From Lama guanicoe (lineage: Eukaryota): a stretch of DNA of 64,000 nucleotides. The notes under the pieces were generated by a model. It made no database searches, was not told the origin of the DNA, and saw only the letters and a list, made by a program, of their open reading frames with translations. Positions 39,209-51,487 of the stretch are shown here, piece by piece. Both the position numbers and the translations under genes were made by a program. Position 1 is the stretch's first letter; the number at the start of each line of letters is the position of its first letter. The stretch is taken from NCBI GenBank assembly GCA_013239625.1, contig MU053881.1, forward strand, positions 11,274,873 to 11,338,872, in the 5' to 3' direction.

Positions 39209-39697
39209 TGAAGGGCGGCAGAATATGCCAGCATAAAATAAATTACTTTATCATAGAATTATTTTCAGCTAATGGCACTTGAGAAACAACAAGTGCAGGA
39301 AGGGTACTGACCTCTCTTTTTCCTCCTGAAAGCAGGAGATAAAACTCCTATGGAAAAGATATCCTCCCTAGACCGGGAGGAAAAAGATACTGTCATCACC
39401 AGTGACAGGGAGCTGAGGCTGAGAGAAATCTGCACAAACTTTGTTAAAATAACTCTTACCTTCTTTAGTCTTTCCATACATTTTAGTTAACTATCCACAA
39501 TGAGCTCCCTTTGTTCAGGCTAGTATATAAACACTTAAACCTAGCTACTTCTTTAGGCTTTCATTTTCTTGTGGGAAATCCTATGTACATGTGGAAATCA
39601 GTATGCTTTCCTCCTGTTAATCTGTCTTATGTCAGTTTACTCTCAGTCCCAATTGGAGACACTAAAAGGGTAGAGGTAAAGTTTCGCCTCCTTTACA
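39209..39697 (+). mobile_element. Solo ERV1 LTR, MER34-like
   Basis: TGAAGGG...gaatatgcca...attattttcagctaatggcacttgagaaacaac; TATA-like tatataa near 39524; terminus ctcctgttaatctgtcttatgtcagtt...gtttcgcctcctttaCA. Confidence 0.8.
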
Positions 39698-39699
39698 AT

Positions 39700-40772
39700 A
39701 AATAGCCTGCATTCTAAAACCTATCTTAGGGCCTATTGTGTGTCACCTTAACTATCCTGTTTTCTCCACCTTCAGCTTAGCCTCAATCCTTATAAATAGA
39801 GATTTTTGGAAGGCAGGAAGGGTGAAAGGGAGTCTCTAAGAAAGCAGCGTTTGGGGAGAGAGAATAGCTCACCTCTTCCCACAACAAAACCAAGGGGGAT
39901 GGAGTTTCATGAAAATCTCTTGTAGAGACTGGGAAAGCTGAAAACAGAACACCATTATTTGGTTTCTAAGTTCGCCATCTGTTTAAACACTAACCCTGTG
40001 ATAATTCTGTGACTATGTGAGCAGAGAAGAGAACTAGAAAGAATGATAGGGAATGGGATGGCCAAGTTGTAAAGCAGCCTGTTCGCCCACTGACCGGGAG
40101 ATCCAAGGCACGTGCTTCCCAGGAGTCACCAGGAACCCACAGAAGGAGCAAGACCGGAGCTACCTACTCACTGCCTCACCCACACTGGCTGCCTACCACA
40201 CCAAAGAACCCAAGTGGGAAGAAAGCTGAGGATATGACTCGCAATGACTAGGGCAGAGGGAAGTGGGGTGGTCCATCATGCGTCTCAGACACATTTATAC
40301 CTATGCCCTAAAAGAGCAAATGGTAAGCCAGGCTATCTAAGCCAGAGAAGTGGAAACCCACTAAGAGAAAGTCAACTACATAGCAGTCAACTGAGTGGAG
40401 ACATCTGTCTCTTGTCCTCTCCTCATCTCACCAACACACTGATACATGGAGGACTTGAGAAGAAAGGGGGGGAAACTTTCAGAGGCAGAAAATGCTTCCT
40501 TCTCTCTTTACCCTCTAAGACTCCTGCAATAGGCAGACTCCAACTCAAGTCTGCATGGGAAGAAGCTGGTATTTAAATAGGATGAAAGAAAAGTTCTACA
40601 CTGATTGAGGTAGACTTTAATTAATCAGTGATTGAAAATTATGGAATCTGCCAGAGATGTCAATAAGGACATTTTGACAGATCACAGTTGAAAGCAGTGA
40701 CTGGAAAATAAATAAATAAATTCATGTTTACACCCCCACTGAGTTGAGACTACTCAATAAACCAGTTTTACG
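39700..40772 (+). mobile_element. Possible ancient LTR (MamGypLTR/LTR88-like)
   Basis: About 1 kb purine-rich block with higher GC, ending aataaa...ctcaataaaccagttttacg (LTR-like terminus); the family is a guess. Confidence 0.3.
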
Positions 40773-41103
40773 TGATTTTCATACCACATGGTCCCTGAAC
40801 ATGTCAACGCCTTCTGGGGTTTAACTAGAGAAAGAACAATCTGTCACAGCTCTGGGAGAAAAACTGGCAGCGTGAGACTTGCTGAGAGAAAATATGCCTA
40901 TCTCCAAGACTGCATCAGCCTGAGGAATTTTCAAGAGCAATTTTGACCACGTGCAGTTTTCCCCTGCATGCTTTACTATATAGCCCATTTGTAAACTGCA
41001 ACTTGTCTACATAGTGCAACACAGACCCTCAGCAAATGGGCTGGTTTCATCATTATTTACCTGTGAAGACACAGCCTGACTCACCTAGAATTTCAACCTA
41101 GTG

Positions 41104-41223
41104 TAGGGTGACCAGCTATCATAATTTCCCCGCAGCTGAAGAGGTTCCAGGATGTGGGACTTGCTTTCAGTGCTAAAACTGGGAAAGTCTTAGAAAAATC
41201 TGAAATAACTGGTCATCCACCTA
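41104..41223 (-). mobile_element. MER81-like hAT-Blackjack MITE
   Basis: TIR TAGGGTGACCA...TGGTCATCC; internal gggacttgctttcagtgctaaaactgggaaagtc. Confidence 0.8.
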
Positions 41224-41355
41224 ATCTTACTTGTCCTTCAAAGAGTGACAAAAGTGTCATCTCTATTGTCTTCTCTAGACTCAGAGTGCAGAAGTATTTA
41301 GCAACTTGATGTATAAAAGTACAAAAATGAAACAGCTTAATTTTCCTATATTAAG

Positions 41356-41805
41356 TGTATTAGTTTCTTATTTCTGGCTAACAAGTTAACACAAACTGAG
41401 GGACTTAAAAGAACACAAACTGACTATCTTACTCTTCTGGAGGTCAGAAGCCCAAAATGAGTCTCACTAGGCTGAAATCAAAATGAACGGTCTAGGGAAG
41501 AATCTATTTCTTTGCCTTTTCCAGCATCTAGGAACTGCTGCATTCCTTGGTTCCTGGATCCATATAACTCTGACATCTGCTTCCATCATTCCAACTTCTC
41601 TTGACTCTGACCCTACTCTCTCCTTTTTAATTTATAAAGACATCTTTGATTACATTGGACCAACCTGGATAATCCAGGATAATCTCCTCATCTCAAGATT
41701 CTTTACTTAATCAGATCTGCAAAATCTCTTTTGTCATACAAGATAACATATTTCCAATTTCCAAGGGTTTGGGCATCTCTAGGGGCCATTATTCTCCCTA
41801 CACCA
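41356..41805 (-). mobile_element. MaLR solo LTR (MLT1B/C/D-like)
   Basis: tgtattagtttc...ttctggaggtcagaagcccaaaatgagtctcactaggct...gattacattggaccaacctggataatccaggataatctcc...ggccattattct; flanks ttaag/ttatg match 4 of 5 (TSD). Confidence 0.9.
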
Positions 41806-42579
41806 TTATGCATTAAGGAAATGCCTTACCAACAATTGATTTTACTCAAGAAAATTTAATCCACACTTTTCTCCAACAACTCAAAATTTCTATAGTACTG
41901 TATAAATTTAACACACTAGGAAACACTACATTTGTCATGACTTTTGGGATCAGTGTTATTTGGCCAATCTTTTGTCATGTCTTTTTATCTTTGGCTAAAT
42001 GTCTATTCCTTCATCTTACAATGAGCCTGGGAAGAGTCTGTCCTTGATTCTTAACATTTCAGGAGAACAAAATGTGTATCACTTTAGCATTTTACTTGCC
42101 TAAGACATAGAATTTCTAGAGAATTTTTCTGCAAAATGCTCACAGCTGGAATGAGCTTAAAATGGACAATTTCATTTGATTCAGTATTTCCACTGTGAAT
42201 ACTTTCAACCTCTAATCCCACCTATTTGATAAATTCTTGTTATTTACTTAAAAGTGTAATTTATTTTTGTGAAGACATATCAGCCCTAGCAAATTAAAGA
42301 TGTTCTAGTCTTTCTTACCAGCAAATGATAACTGGTCAAATTTAACATGTTTTTTCTGTAACTCACATTTAGAGGTAGGGTGATGAGAACTGGGTATCTT
42401 GAGGCAGAGTTCACTTTTACAATAATTAGTCTTAAGATCTTGTACGAATTCCAAGGACATGTAAGAGAATTGTTATATGTATGTGCTCTCTTTCCCCTTC
42501 ATTCTTTCATTTGTCAATTAAATAAACATTTACTGATCTCTTATTATGTCTCAAAGATAAAATCCTTTGAAGGCAGGAT

Positions 42580-42790
42580 TGCTTGGTTAGAGCATGGGTT
42601 TTGAAAGGTACACAGATTTGATTTCAAACTCCTGACTAACTGACAGAGTAAATTCTTACCTTCAGGTTTACTCTCCTAATTCATATAGTTGTTGTGAGGG
42701 CTCAATCAGATAGTATGCTGAAAAAATTTTTGCACAGTGCATAGGATATCTCTGCAGGATCTAACAGAGTGCTAAGCAAACAATTCATAA
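42580..42790 (+). mobile_element. MIR SINE
   Basis: tggttagagcatgggttttgaa...atttcaaactcc...tcatatagttgttgtgagggctcaatcagatagtatg. Confidence 0.6.
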
Positions 42791-43937
42791 ACAAAAGGCT
42801 TTATTGTTTTACTGAATTATAAATTATACCATATTGTAATTATATCTGCCATAAAGGATCCCAATGAGACCAGGTTTCTATTCAAATTTTAATATAAATC
42901 TCCCAATAATTTATTAATTCCTAAAAGAAATTATAAACTGAGATAATCTGGCTGACTAGACAAAGAACTTTTTAATATTTTAATGCTATAAAATATATCA
43001 ATATTTTGCTTTGTTAATGAAATCTGGGTATATATTTAAGCTTCTTGGTTGTATCTGCAGAAGAAACATGCCCTATTCCCTTCTGAGAGCATCTGCAAGT
43101 TGGCCAGAATCTTTTCAGATCCTAAATAAAGCAAAGCTTACTTGGTTCTGTGTTTAGGAGTAAGGAGAAAACTAAAATATGTCTCATAATGTTTTAGATA
43201 AAAAGAAAAAAAATTTTAAGTACCAAAAATAGGTTTCTGCCATAAGCAAGAACTAAGCTCCAAGGACATTAAAACAGGCAGACTGGCTGAAGGAACCAGA
43301 AGTGAGGGAATACGGCCAGAAGGAAGGTGATATTGTAATTCCACTCTAGGGAGGAAATGAACAAAAAAACTTGGATAAAATCAGGGGAAGCAGCAAAGGA
43401 AGGGTGACTTTTGATAATGATTTTTGTCTCTGTTAATTGGTTTGATTGTGTTTAAGTATATGATTACCAGTCTCAGTATCTGAAAATGTCTTCAGAACTA
43501 CATATTCTGTGATTCTCTCCCCATCCCCAGTTAAGTCAACATATATCATGTCTTACAAAGCTATATGCCAAATGCTTGACTTGGTCTCCTTGTGGACACT
43601 GTTGCCTGGAGGAAATGGTGTTCTAGAAGGAGGCAAAGCCCAAAGAATCCTGGGGCCAGGCTTGAACACTCTGGACAGTTTGCTTAGGTATCTCCTTATT
43701 CTACTCTCACTCTGCCACAAGAGAGTCACTCCCAATGAGAGGAGAAATATATCATGCAGTCAACAAGTAGATTCTTCAGAAAATTTTTGGTTTTTCTGCA
43801 ATTTTATGCTTATCAGTAAAAGTCACAGCAACCAATAGAATAGAATAACTCTACTCTATAAACTGAACAGTAGACAAAGATTCTGTGAAATCTTCCCTGA
43901 CATACCATTTTAACCTACACCAGCATTTTTAAGAAAC

Positions 43938-43938
<1 letters not shown>

Positions 43939-43997
<59 letters not shown>
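43939..43997 (+). repeat. Pure poly(A) tract, 59 nt
   Basis: Direct count; no retroelement body upstream. Confidence 0.95.
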
Positions 43998-43999
<2 letters not shown>

Positions 44000-44797
44000 A
44001 AAACCTAAAAATCAGCAAATCAAGTAACATAAAGTAATGTAAGACTTCTCTGTATAGAACTGACATTGCTGGGTAGAAACTACCAGAAATGAAATATATT
44101 ATATCATTTAAAGAAATCTAATAGATTTAATTCCTAGTGTTAAGTCAATGAGACATAGAGAAAAGCTGAAGAGACAGAGGCAGCTGAAGATTAGGCATTC
44201 AGTTGGGATTCAATGAAAAGGAGTAGAGTGTCTGGCTAAGGATGACTAGACAGCTATGTGACCTGTCTCCTGGCAATGAAAACCCTTCTTTATGTTAGCG
44301 ATGTTATGAGAAAAGCCATGCGTTAATGAAATAAGCTCGTTTGATCCGACATGGTCAAGGGGATGGGTTAGGATTAAAGATAAAGGAATCTAAAAACGTC
44401 TTAAACACAGACAGTTTCTGAGTTTTCCAGCTGATGTTATCATCTGCCTGAAGGTTTGTAAACCCATTTACCTCACATGTGGGTTGTATGTCTCCATAAA
44501 AAGAAACTCTAGAGTTAAGAAGCGGTGGGGTTAATGTTTTAGGAGTGCTGACTTTTGCAATGTAAAATTCCTTAAGAGACATGCCCAATTATGTTGTTTA
44601 CCTTGCCTGCCTTAACTTGTCACTGAGAAATGTCGAGCCTTAATCCTCAAAATAGAAATTAGCCAAAGCCCAACAAGTTCAAGTAAAATGATCTCTCTTG
44701 TGATATACAGCAAAAAAAAAAAAAAGCAGCCAGGTAAGTCCATTTCTTCTGAATGTTCTAATGTTGATATTTTGCCTAATTTCATAAATCTGCAATA

Positions 44798-44847
44798 AAT
44801 ATATATATATTTATACACACACACACACAGACACACACACACACACA
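44798..44847. repeat. (TA)n(CA)n microsatellite
   Basis: Seen directly in the sequence. Confidence 0.9.
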
Positions 44848-45496
44848 TTGTTGAATGAGAATATTCACCTATTTATATTCTCCTAATATAGTCTGTGGTA
44901 ATTTTCTGGTTGTTACTATACCAGGGGATCCTAAGAATAAAGAGAAAATAAGTAACTACTTCAAATCCAAACTTAAATATGAGCGATCACTTAATTTCTC
45001 TCAGAAAGGGTTAATTTTTATAGTGACATTTTGCCTTAAACCTGCTCAGATGAAGTTTTCATATGAAGTTTATGAGGGATCTTTGGTGGCAGTAGTCAGG
45101 TATTAGAACACCACCACTCTTCCCTTTCATGTTGCAGACATATGGGTAAAATGACAGGTGCTCAGAGTGACTCAGTTAATGGTCCGTGGCCTTAAAATTT
45201 GTGGAATATAATCACCTCATTCATCATTTGCAAAAATAAAACTTTTATCTTCTATAACAGGAAATTAGCTAGCTAACGGCTGGAAGTACAAATCCATCTT
45301 CAACTAATAAGGTATTAGGGAGCACAAGCAAACAGTACCCTCGCTTCTCCCAAATTAGAGACACAGAGAATTGGTAAGCCACATGCAATATTCACCAGCA
45401 GGACTTTCGAGGCAGGCAGATTCACAACAACAGCACACAAGCTTTGTCAGGAATTGTTACGAGATTGAAAGCATACTTAAAGGATTTATTGAAGCA

Positions 45497-45576
45497 ATGG
45501 AGGCAACTTTGACTCCAGTTACCATGATTGCAGGGATTTTTATGGCCACGTATTTAATCTTCCTGTGCTGTAACAG
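45497..45576 (+). other. Candidate short coding exon or small ORF (MEATLTPVTMIAGIFMATYLIFLCCN-R)
   Basis: gcaATGg Kozak context, hydrophobic stretch, ends at a consensus donor CAG|GTAAGT; no known protein recognised. Confidence 0.2.
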
Positions 45577-46227
45577 GTAAGTTATACTTTCAGCCGATTT
45601 GTGTACAAAGAGTTTTCTCAATCTTTTCTAGTACTGTATAGTACCAAGGCATCGCTTTTTGATTTGCTAAGCGAAGCATTATAGGACTGTCGGCAGCAAG
45701 AGAGAACAGGCAATAAATATTAAGGTTTAATGTTACAATGATTTATGCTGCAGGGAATATTGGCCTAGATTATAAAGTATGATTGTCTTTCATGATAAGA
45801 AGCAATGGGAGAAACAGAACATTAGCAGAGGTAACTATGTTAAGCTCTCTTATGAGGGAGATCTTTTTATAAGAATATGCTGGGAGTAAAATCACTATGT
45901 TCCAAACAGTAACGGTGATTTAAATAGATGCTCAATAAAATACTACTATTCTTAGAGAGGAATTTTTTTTAAAGGTTGACGCTGGTCTTTTTATACTTGA
46001 CCCTAGCATTCAGTCAAAGCATTTCACAGGAAAAGGAGTCTATCTGTGAATATCTTAAGAATAGGTTAAAGACATAAGAAAATTCTTCCAGGAATATGAA
46101 CCAGCATAAAAGACCATTCACCTCATATAAACAGCAAGGCGATAACAGGTTTATTAATAGAACAACATGAGTTTCTAACATCCTAGGCTCCTTATCTTTG
46201 CATATACTACAATTATCTTTCGTCCAG

Positions 46228-46839
46228 TGCATTAGTTATCTTTTGCTGTGAGACAAATTACCCCAAACTTTAGTGACTTAAAATGACAAACACTTTTTAT
46301 CTCATAGTTTCTGTGGGTCAGAAATCCAAGCACACTTAGCTGAGTGTCTCTGACTCAAGTCTTCTCGTGAGGTTGTATTCAAGTTGTAGGCCACAGCCGT
46401 GCACTTATCTAAAGGCTCAACTGGAATGGGAGATTCACTCCCAAGCTCCCACGATTGTTGGCAGGGCTTTAGTTCTTCATGGACTTTAACTGAGAGCCTC
46501 AGTCCATCGTGAAGTGTTGAAACTGTGATCCTCAGTTCCTCACCTTAGATCTTGGGTCTCTCCATAGGGCTTCCTATAGCATGGCAGTTTTTATCCCCTA
46601 ATGCAAGATACCTAACAGAGAAGGAGACGGACTGACAGACAAAGAGAGCACCCAAGATGGGTGCCACAGTCTTCACATAACCTGATCCTGAAAGTGACAG
46701 ATAGTATCATTTTGATAGTATTCTATTAATCAGAAAAGAGTCATTAAGTACAATCTGCACATATGGGTCGGGCTCAAACCAGGATATGAACATCGGAGTT
46801 AGGGGTCACTCGGGATCATCCTTGAGTCTACCTGACACA
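46228..46839 (-). mobile_element. MaLR solo LTR (MLT1E/F/G-like)
   Basis: attagttatcttttgctgtgagacaaattaccccaaactttagtgacttaaaa...tctcatagtttctgtgggtcagaaatcc...gagtctacctgacaca; flanks tccag/ttcag match 4 of 5 (TSD). Confidence 0.85.
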
Positions 46840-49569
46840 TTCAGATTCTCCATTTTACTCCTTGATTTACCCTCAATATATCCTTCAAGTTACTGAGCTG
46901 GTAGTATATGAATTGTGTAGTTTCCAACAGTGTGCCTCATCCAAATAATCATTCCAAATTATTGGGGACAGTACACAAAATTCTACATTGGAGAGAGTCC
47001 TTGAGGTTTGAGCCTAGTATTCTCAAAATACTTCAAAACATTTTTTTTCAATGTGTATTAGATATAGACATATATATTGCTCTGGATTTCTGATTAGTTA
47101 TAATGCTGAAAGTTCTGATCCATTTTCCTCATAACCAGTCAAATTTGTCAATCTGATTCTATTTTGGGTCTGAAAATACATACAGCACAGTTATATTTTA
47201 GAAATGAAATTCAAAGCCATAATCACATTAGTAGGGTCAAGGTTCCTATTAGAACGGTCTAAAGTTTAATCTGTAGAGAAATACTCTGAAAGGTATGAAA
47301 TATAAATGTTGTGCAAAAGTTGGTGTTCATTGTTAGTAATTATTCAATGAATGTGGTATCCTTTTCTTCTGAAAGGGTTCTGTGACAAAGGAGGGTTTTG
47401 ACTTCCAATATGGCATTAAAGAAAGTTGAGGGGAAAATTATAATGTAGCAAAACCATTTTTCAGTTTTCTCTCTCAAATTTTTGCATAAATATTTTTAAA
47501 GAACACAAATCCTTAACTAGGAAGCACTTTGTGTTTGTATATGTGTTTACTGCTTTCTTCTTTCAGTAATAACTAACACACACATCAACAATTAACATGG
47601 AGGATGTTGTGTTAATTTCTCTAAGGGATCAGATGGTGAGTTAGATAAATTGTTTTTAGAGTACTGGGGTAGAGAATATTGTATTTTCTAGTTACATGGT
47701 TCCCTTTAGTAGAGAGTAAAGATAGATAAGAATGTAGAATTGTGCCTGTCAGAAGTAGAGAAAAAGCTACTTAATTTCATTATTTATAGAGAATCCTCTA
47801 TTCGCTTCAAACTGCTAAAAATTTAATGCACTTGTCTTGAAGTTCAGTGTATTATTTTTCACAGAAACTAAACAGATACATAAACACACATATAAAGACA
47901 CAGACACAAATAGCATATCTATACCATACTTATACATACATTTCCATCTCCATCTCCATCCCTAGTGGCATAGGTCTAGAATGTCATTAAGACATACAAA
48001 ATGGTAAAACTGCACTAGAAAACAAGTGATAGAGATTTTGTACGTGCATTTTTTTAAATAACTGAGCTTTTCCATCCTCTACTTGAAGCCATATGTTAAG
48101 TTTCACATCAAAACAGAAATTCTGTACCTAGAAGAGAAACAGCCACATAAAGACGTATTTTCATGCTAAATGAATAATAAATTATAGGTTATGTGTTTCT
48201 TTGACTTTAGAAGATGCATAATTTAAAATGATAAATAATTAACATATCAAAGCATTCTAATTTAACTGATGCACAAGAACAGCTAAGGCATAAAGTAACC
48301 TTCTTCTGCTTAAAACACATCTTCATAGTAGGGAAATATAGCAGCTTTTTATTGCTAACAATTATGATTTCCAAAAGGTAACTTCAGTTTATCATTCTAA
48401 AATATTAAGAAATGTCAAAAAGTTCCATTTCTTATACGAGATGCGTAAGTACATGGTGGTGGAAGACAGAAAGAGAAGCACAATTAACAGTGTGCTATTA
48501 AAATCCAACATTGAACTTGGCCTACTTTGCTGAAATAGGATTTCTGAGTGGCATTTTCATTTTCATTTCCACACATGTTCCACCTCCACTCTAGTCTACT
48601 CTGTAAAAAGGAAAGAAATAATATTTGCTTTGTAATAATCAATTTAGTAGGTACTAAAACGGTGCCCTATAGATCTGGTATGGACCAAGAACAACAATGC
48701 ATTTGTTTATATTTAAGCTGGTGACAGTCTAAAGAAAGGTTTCTCTGTTTTTTGTAAATGGGGCTGAAGGTAGCTAGTTAAAAACCAAGCAGGCTCTCAA
48801 AACACTTAGTTTTCAGGTGCAAATTAACATTGATTCACCTTGTATTCTTGGGGAAAAAAAAAACTTTATACTGTTCTAAAATATAAATTGCTATCATTAT
48901 CACTTCATATTGATTTTTCTAGATTAAAACAATGATTATAAAATAGCTTCTTTTACTTCTGCTGAAACACTCAATGATCTGTACACTTCAAACAAACAGC
49001 AGGCATGGTAAATGGTAATTCATTGGTTTCAAAGAAGCCCTTATTGGAAACAATCATGTACATCATTGTGTGAGTGAGAGTCAGAAGCCGAATATGACAG
49101 AAGTCACCAGACACCCACATAAAGGCTTAGAACTATGTGCACAAAACAGTTTGTGCTCTGAATGTAACAGAACACCTTGTCACATCAGCCAAAATGCAAG
49201 ACTATCTGGAAATTAACTTCCAGAAGTTAACTCCCAATAACCACATCAGGTCTGGTAGTAAGTGAATGTTGGCTAAGACAGGATACATCAGGAATATAGA
49301 CCAGTCTAGGTAGGCTATAGAACTAACTACAAAGCAACATTCAGAAAGATGGCATTGAAAGTCAAGGGATTTCAAAATAAACTCTACTTTTAAAATAAAG
49401 ATTTTGCTCCTTTTCATATCTCAATGCCCTTTTAAGTTCAGAGGTCTTTATGAGATGGAAAAAACTAGGTAAGGTGAATACTTTCACCAGATACGTATAG
49501 AATGATCCAATCCTAAAATGTCATTCTTCCTCTTTTGGAAAATCAATAGTAAAGTAAAATAGCAACTGT

Positions 49570-50240
49570 TGAGGAAAAGAAAAAATAAGGAAATATTATG
49601 TTCAAATCAATGTTAATGACTTAGAAAGTTCTAAAGTGAAAGACTTCAAAAGAATGATTGATCAGAATCACCAAAATCAATTTAAATTAAGTACAAAAAT
49701 CAAAGTAGAAAATTGATAACTGTTGTCAAAGTAGAATATTAGCAAAATATTTTTCAGGCCTAGACAGATTTGCAGGTATTTTCAGTGAAATGTGAAATAG
49801 TAAATTATTCATATTGTATAAAGATAATGCTTCAGAGCACACCAAAAAAGTGAGTTTTAAAGACAGCAATATACTTAAAATTTGTTTGTATGTTCATTCT
49901 ACACAAAAAAGAAAATGAAAACTATAGACAGTTTTCCCTTAATAAGTTAGACACAAAAGTCCTAAATGGAGTCCTTTCAAAACAATTCCACCAATATACG
50001 AAATACAAAAATGTCACCAAGTAGTATTTATCCCAGGAATGCAAGGATATATCAACATTTAAGGGTTTTTAAAAATGTGTAATATATTTATCATTAAATT
50101 TAAAAGAAGAAAATTTATAGGATCATCTTCCTAGATACTTAAAAAGCATTTTAATAATATTAAAATGTATACCTGAGTTTAGAAACAAAGTAAAACCATA
50201 TTTAATTGAAAATATAAAGGTCCTTTGTTCAAATGACAAA
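49570..50240 (+). mobile_element. Ancient L1 ORF2 fragment
   Basis: caggcctagacagatttgcagg (GPDGFT), aaaactatagac (ENYR), tttatcccaggaatgcaagga (FIPGMQG). Confidence 0.75.
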
Positions 50241-50379
50241 ATTATATTTTCCTCATTAACATTCCATCCTTATCTTAAATCCTCATTCACTGTCACAAAT
50301 TATGATATCTAATAAAAATATACTATAGATCAACTTCATAGCAATAATTAAAATTGCCTAGAGAGGGGCAGAGTAACAT

Positions 50380-50490
50380 TATTCATACAACAAATATTTA
50401 TTGAGACAAGTATTGTTGCGAGCATTGTGCCTAACCCCAGGATATTGAGATAGTTAAGACATGAGTCTGTTCTAGATTTTCAAAGTATTT
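50380..50490 (-). mobile_element. L2 3' tail, antisense
   Basis: attcatacaacaaatatttattgagac...agcattgtgc. Confidence 0.55.
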
Positions 50491-50544
50491 CAAAAGAACA
50501 CATTAAGCAAAACAACAACAACAACAAAACCCGAAAAACCCTTC

Positions 50545-51487
50545 ATATTTTGGGGAAGTTTTAGGTTAAATGCAACACTGAGCAGAAAGTACAGCGCTTC
50601 CATATGCCCTCCACCAAACACACCTGCACAATCCCCCTACTATCAACATTCCCACCAGAGTGGATCATTTGCTGCAATAAGTGAACTTGTATTGACATAA
50701 TATTATCCCAAGTCCACATTAAATATTAGGGTTCACTCTTGATGTTGTGGATTATATGAGTTGGGACCAACATATAAAACATCATGTGTCCACTATTATA
50801 GTACTATACAGAATAATTTAACTGCCCTCAAAAGCCTGTGTACTCTGCTTATTTATCTTTATTTCCCTCCCAACCTCTAGAACTAATGATCTTTTTCACT
50901 GTCTCCACAGTTTTATCTTTTTCAGAATGTCACGTAATCGGAATTATATAGTTTCTTTTATTAAATAATATGCATTTAAGGTTCCTTCATATCTTTCTAT
51001 AGTTTAATAGCTCACTTGTTTTCAATACTGAATAATATTCTATTGTTTAGATATATTACAGTTTATCCATTTACCTACTGAAAGACATGTTGGTTGTTTC
51101 CAAGTTTTGGCAATTATGAATAAAGCTGCTATAAGCACCTGTGTGCATTTTTGTGTGTTGTGTGGACATAAGACTTCAGTCCATTAGGATAAATAACCAC
51201 GAGCACTTATTATTGCTGGATTGTGCATTAAGAGTATGGTTAGTTTTGTAAGAAACTGCCAGACTGAATTCCAAAGTGGCTATACAATTTTGTGTTCTCA
51301 CGAACAATAAGTGAGAACTCCTATTGCTCCACATCCTTGCCAGCATTTGGTATGGTCATTGTTTTGTATCTACCATTCTAATAGCAGTAGTATCACATTG
51401 GTATTTTAATTTGCAATTCCCTGATGACATATGCTGTTGAACATCTTTTCACGTGCTTACTGCCATCTAAATCTTCTTTGGAGAGGT
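50545..51487 (-). mobile_element. L1MC1-like 3' end, antisense
   Basis: agttttaggttaaatgcaacactgagcagaaagtacag...atcaacattcccaccagagtgg...attagggttcactcttg...ttggttgtttccaagttttggcaattatgaataaagctgctataa. Confidence 0.85.
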
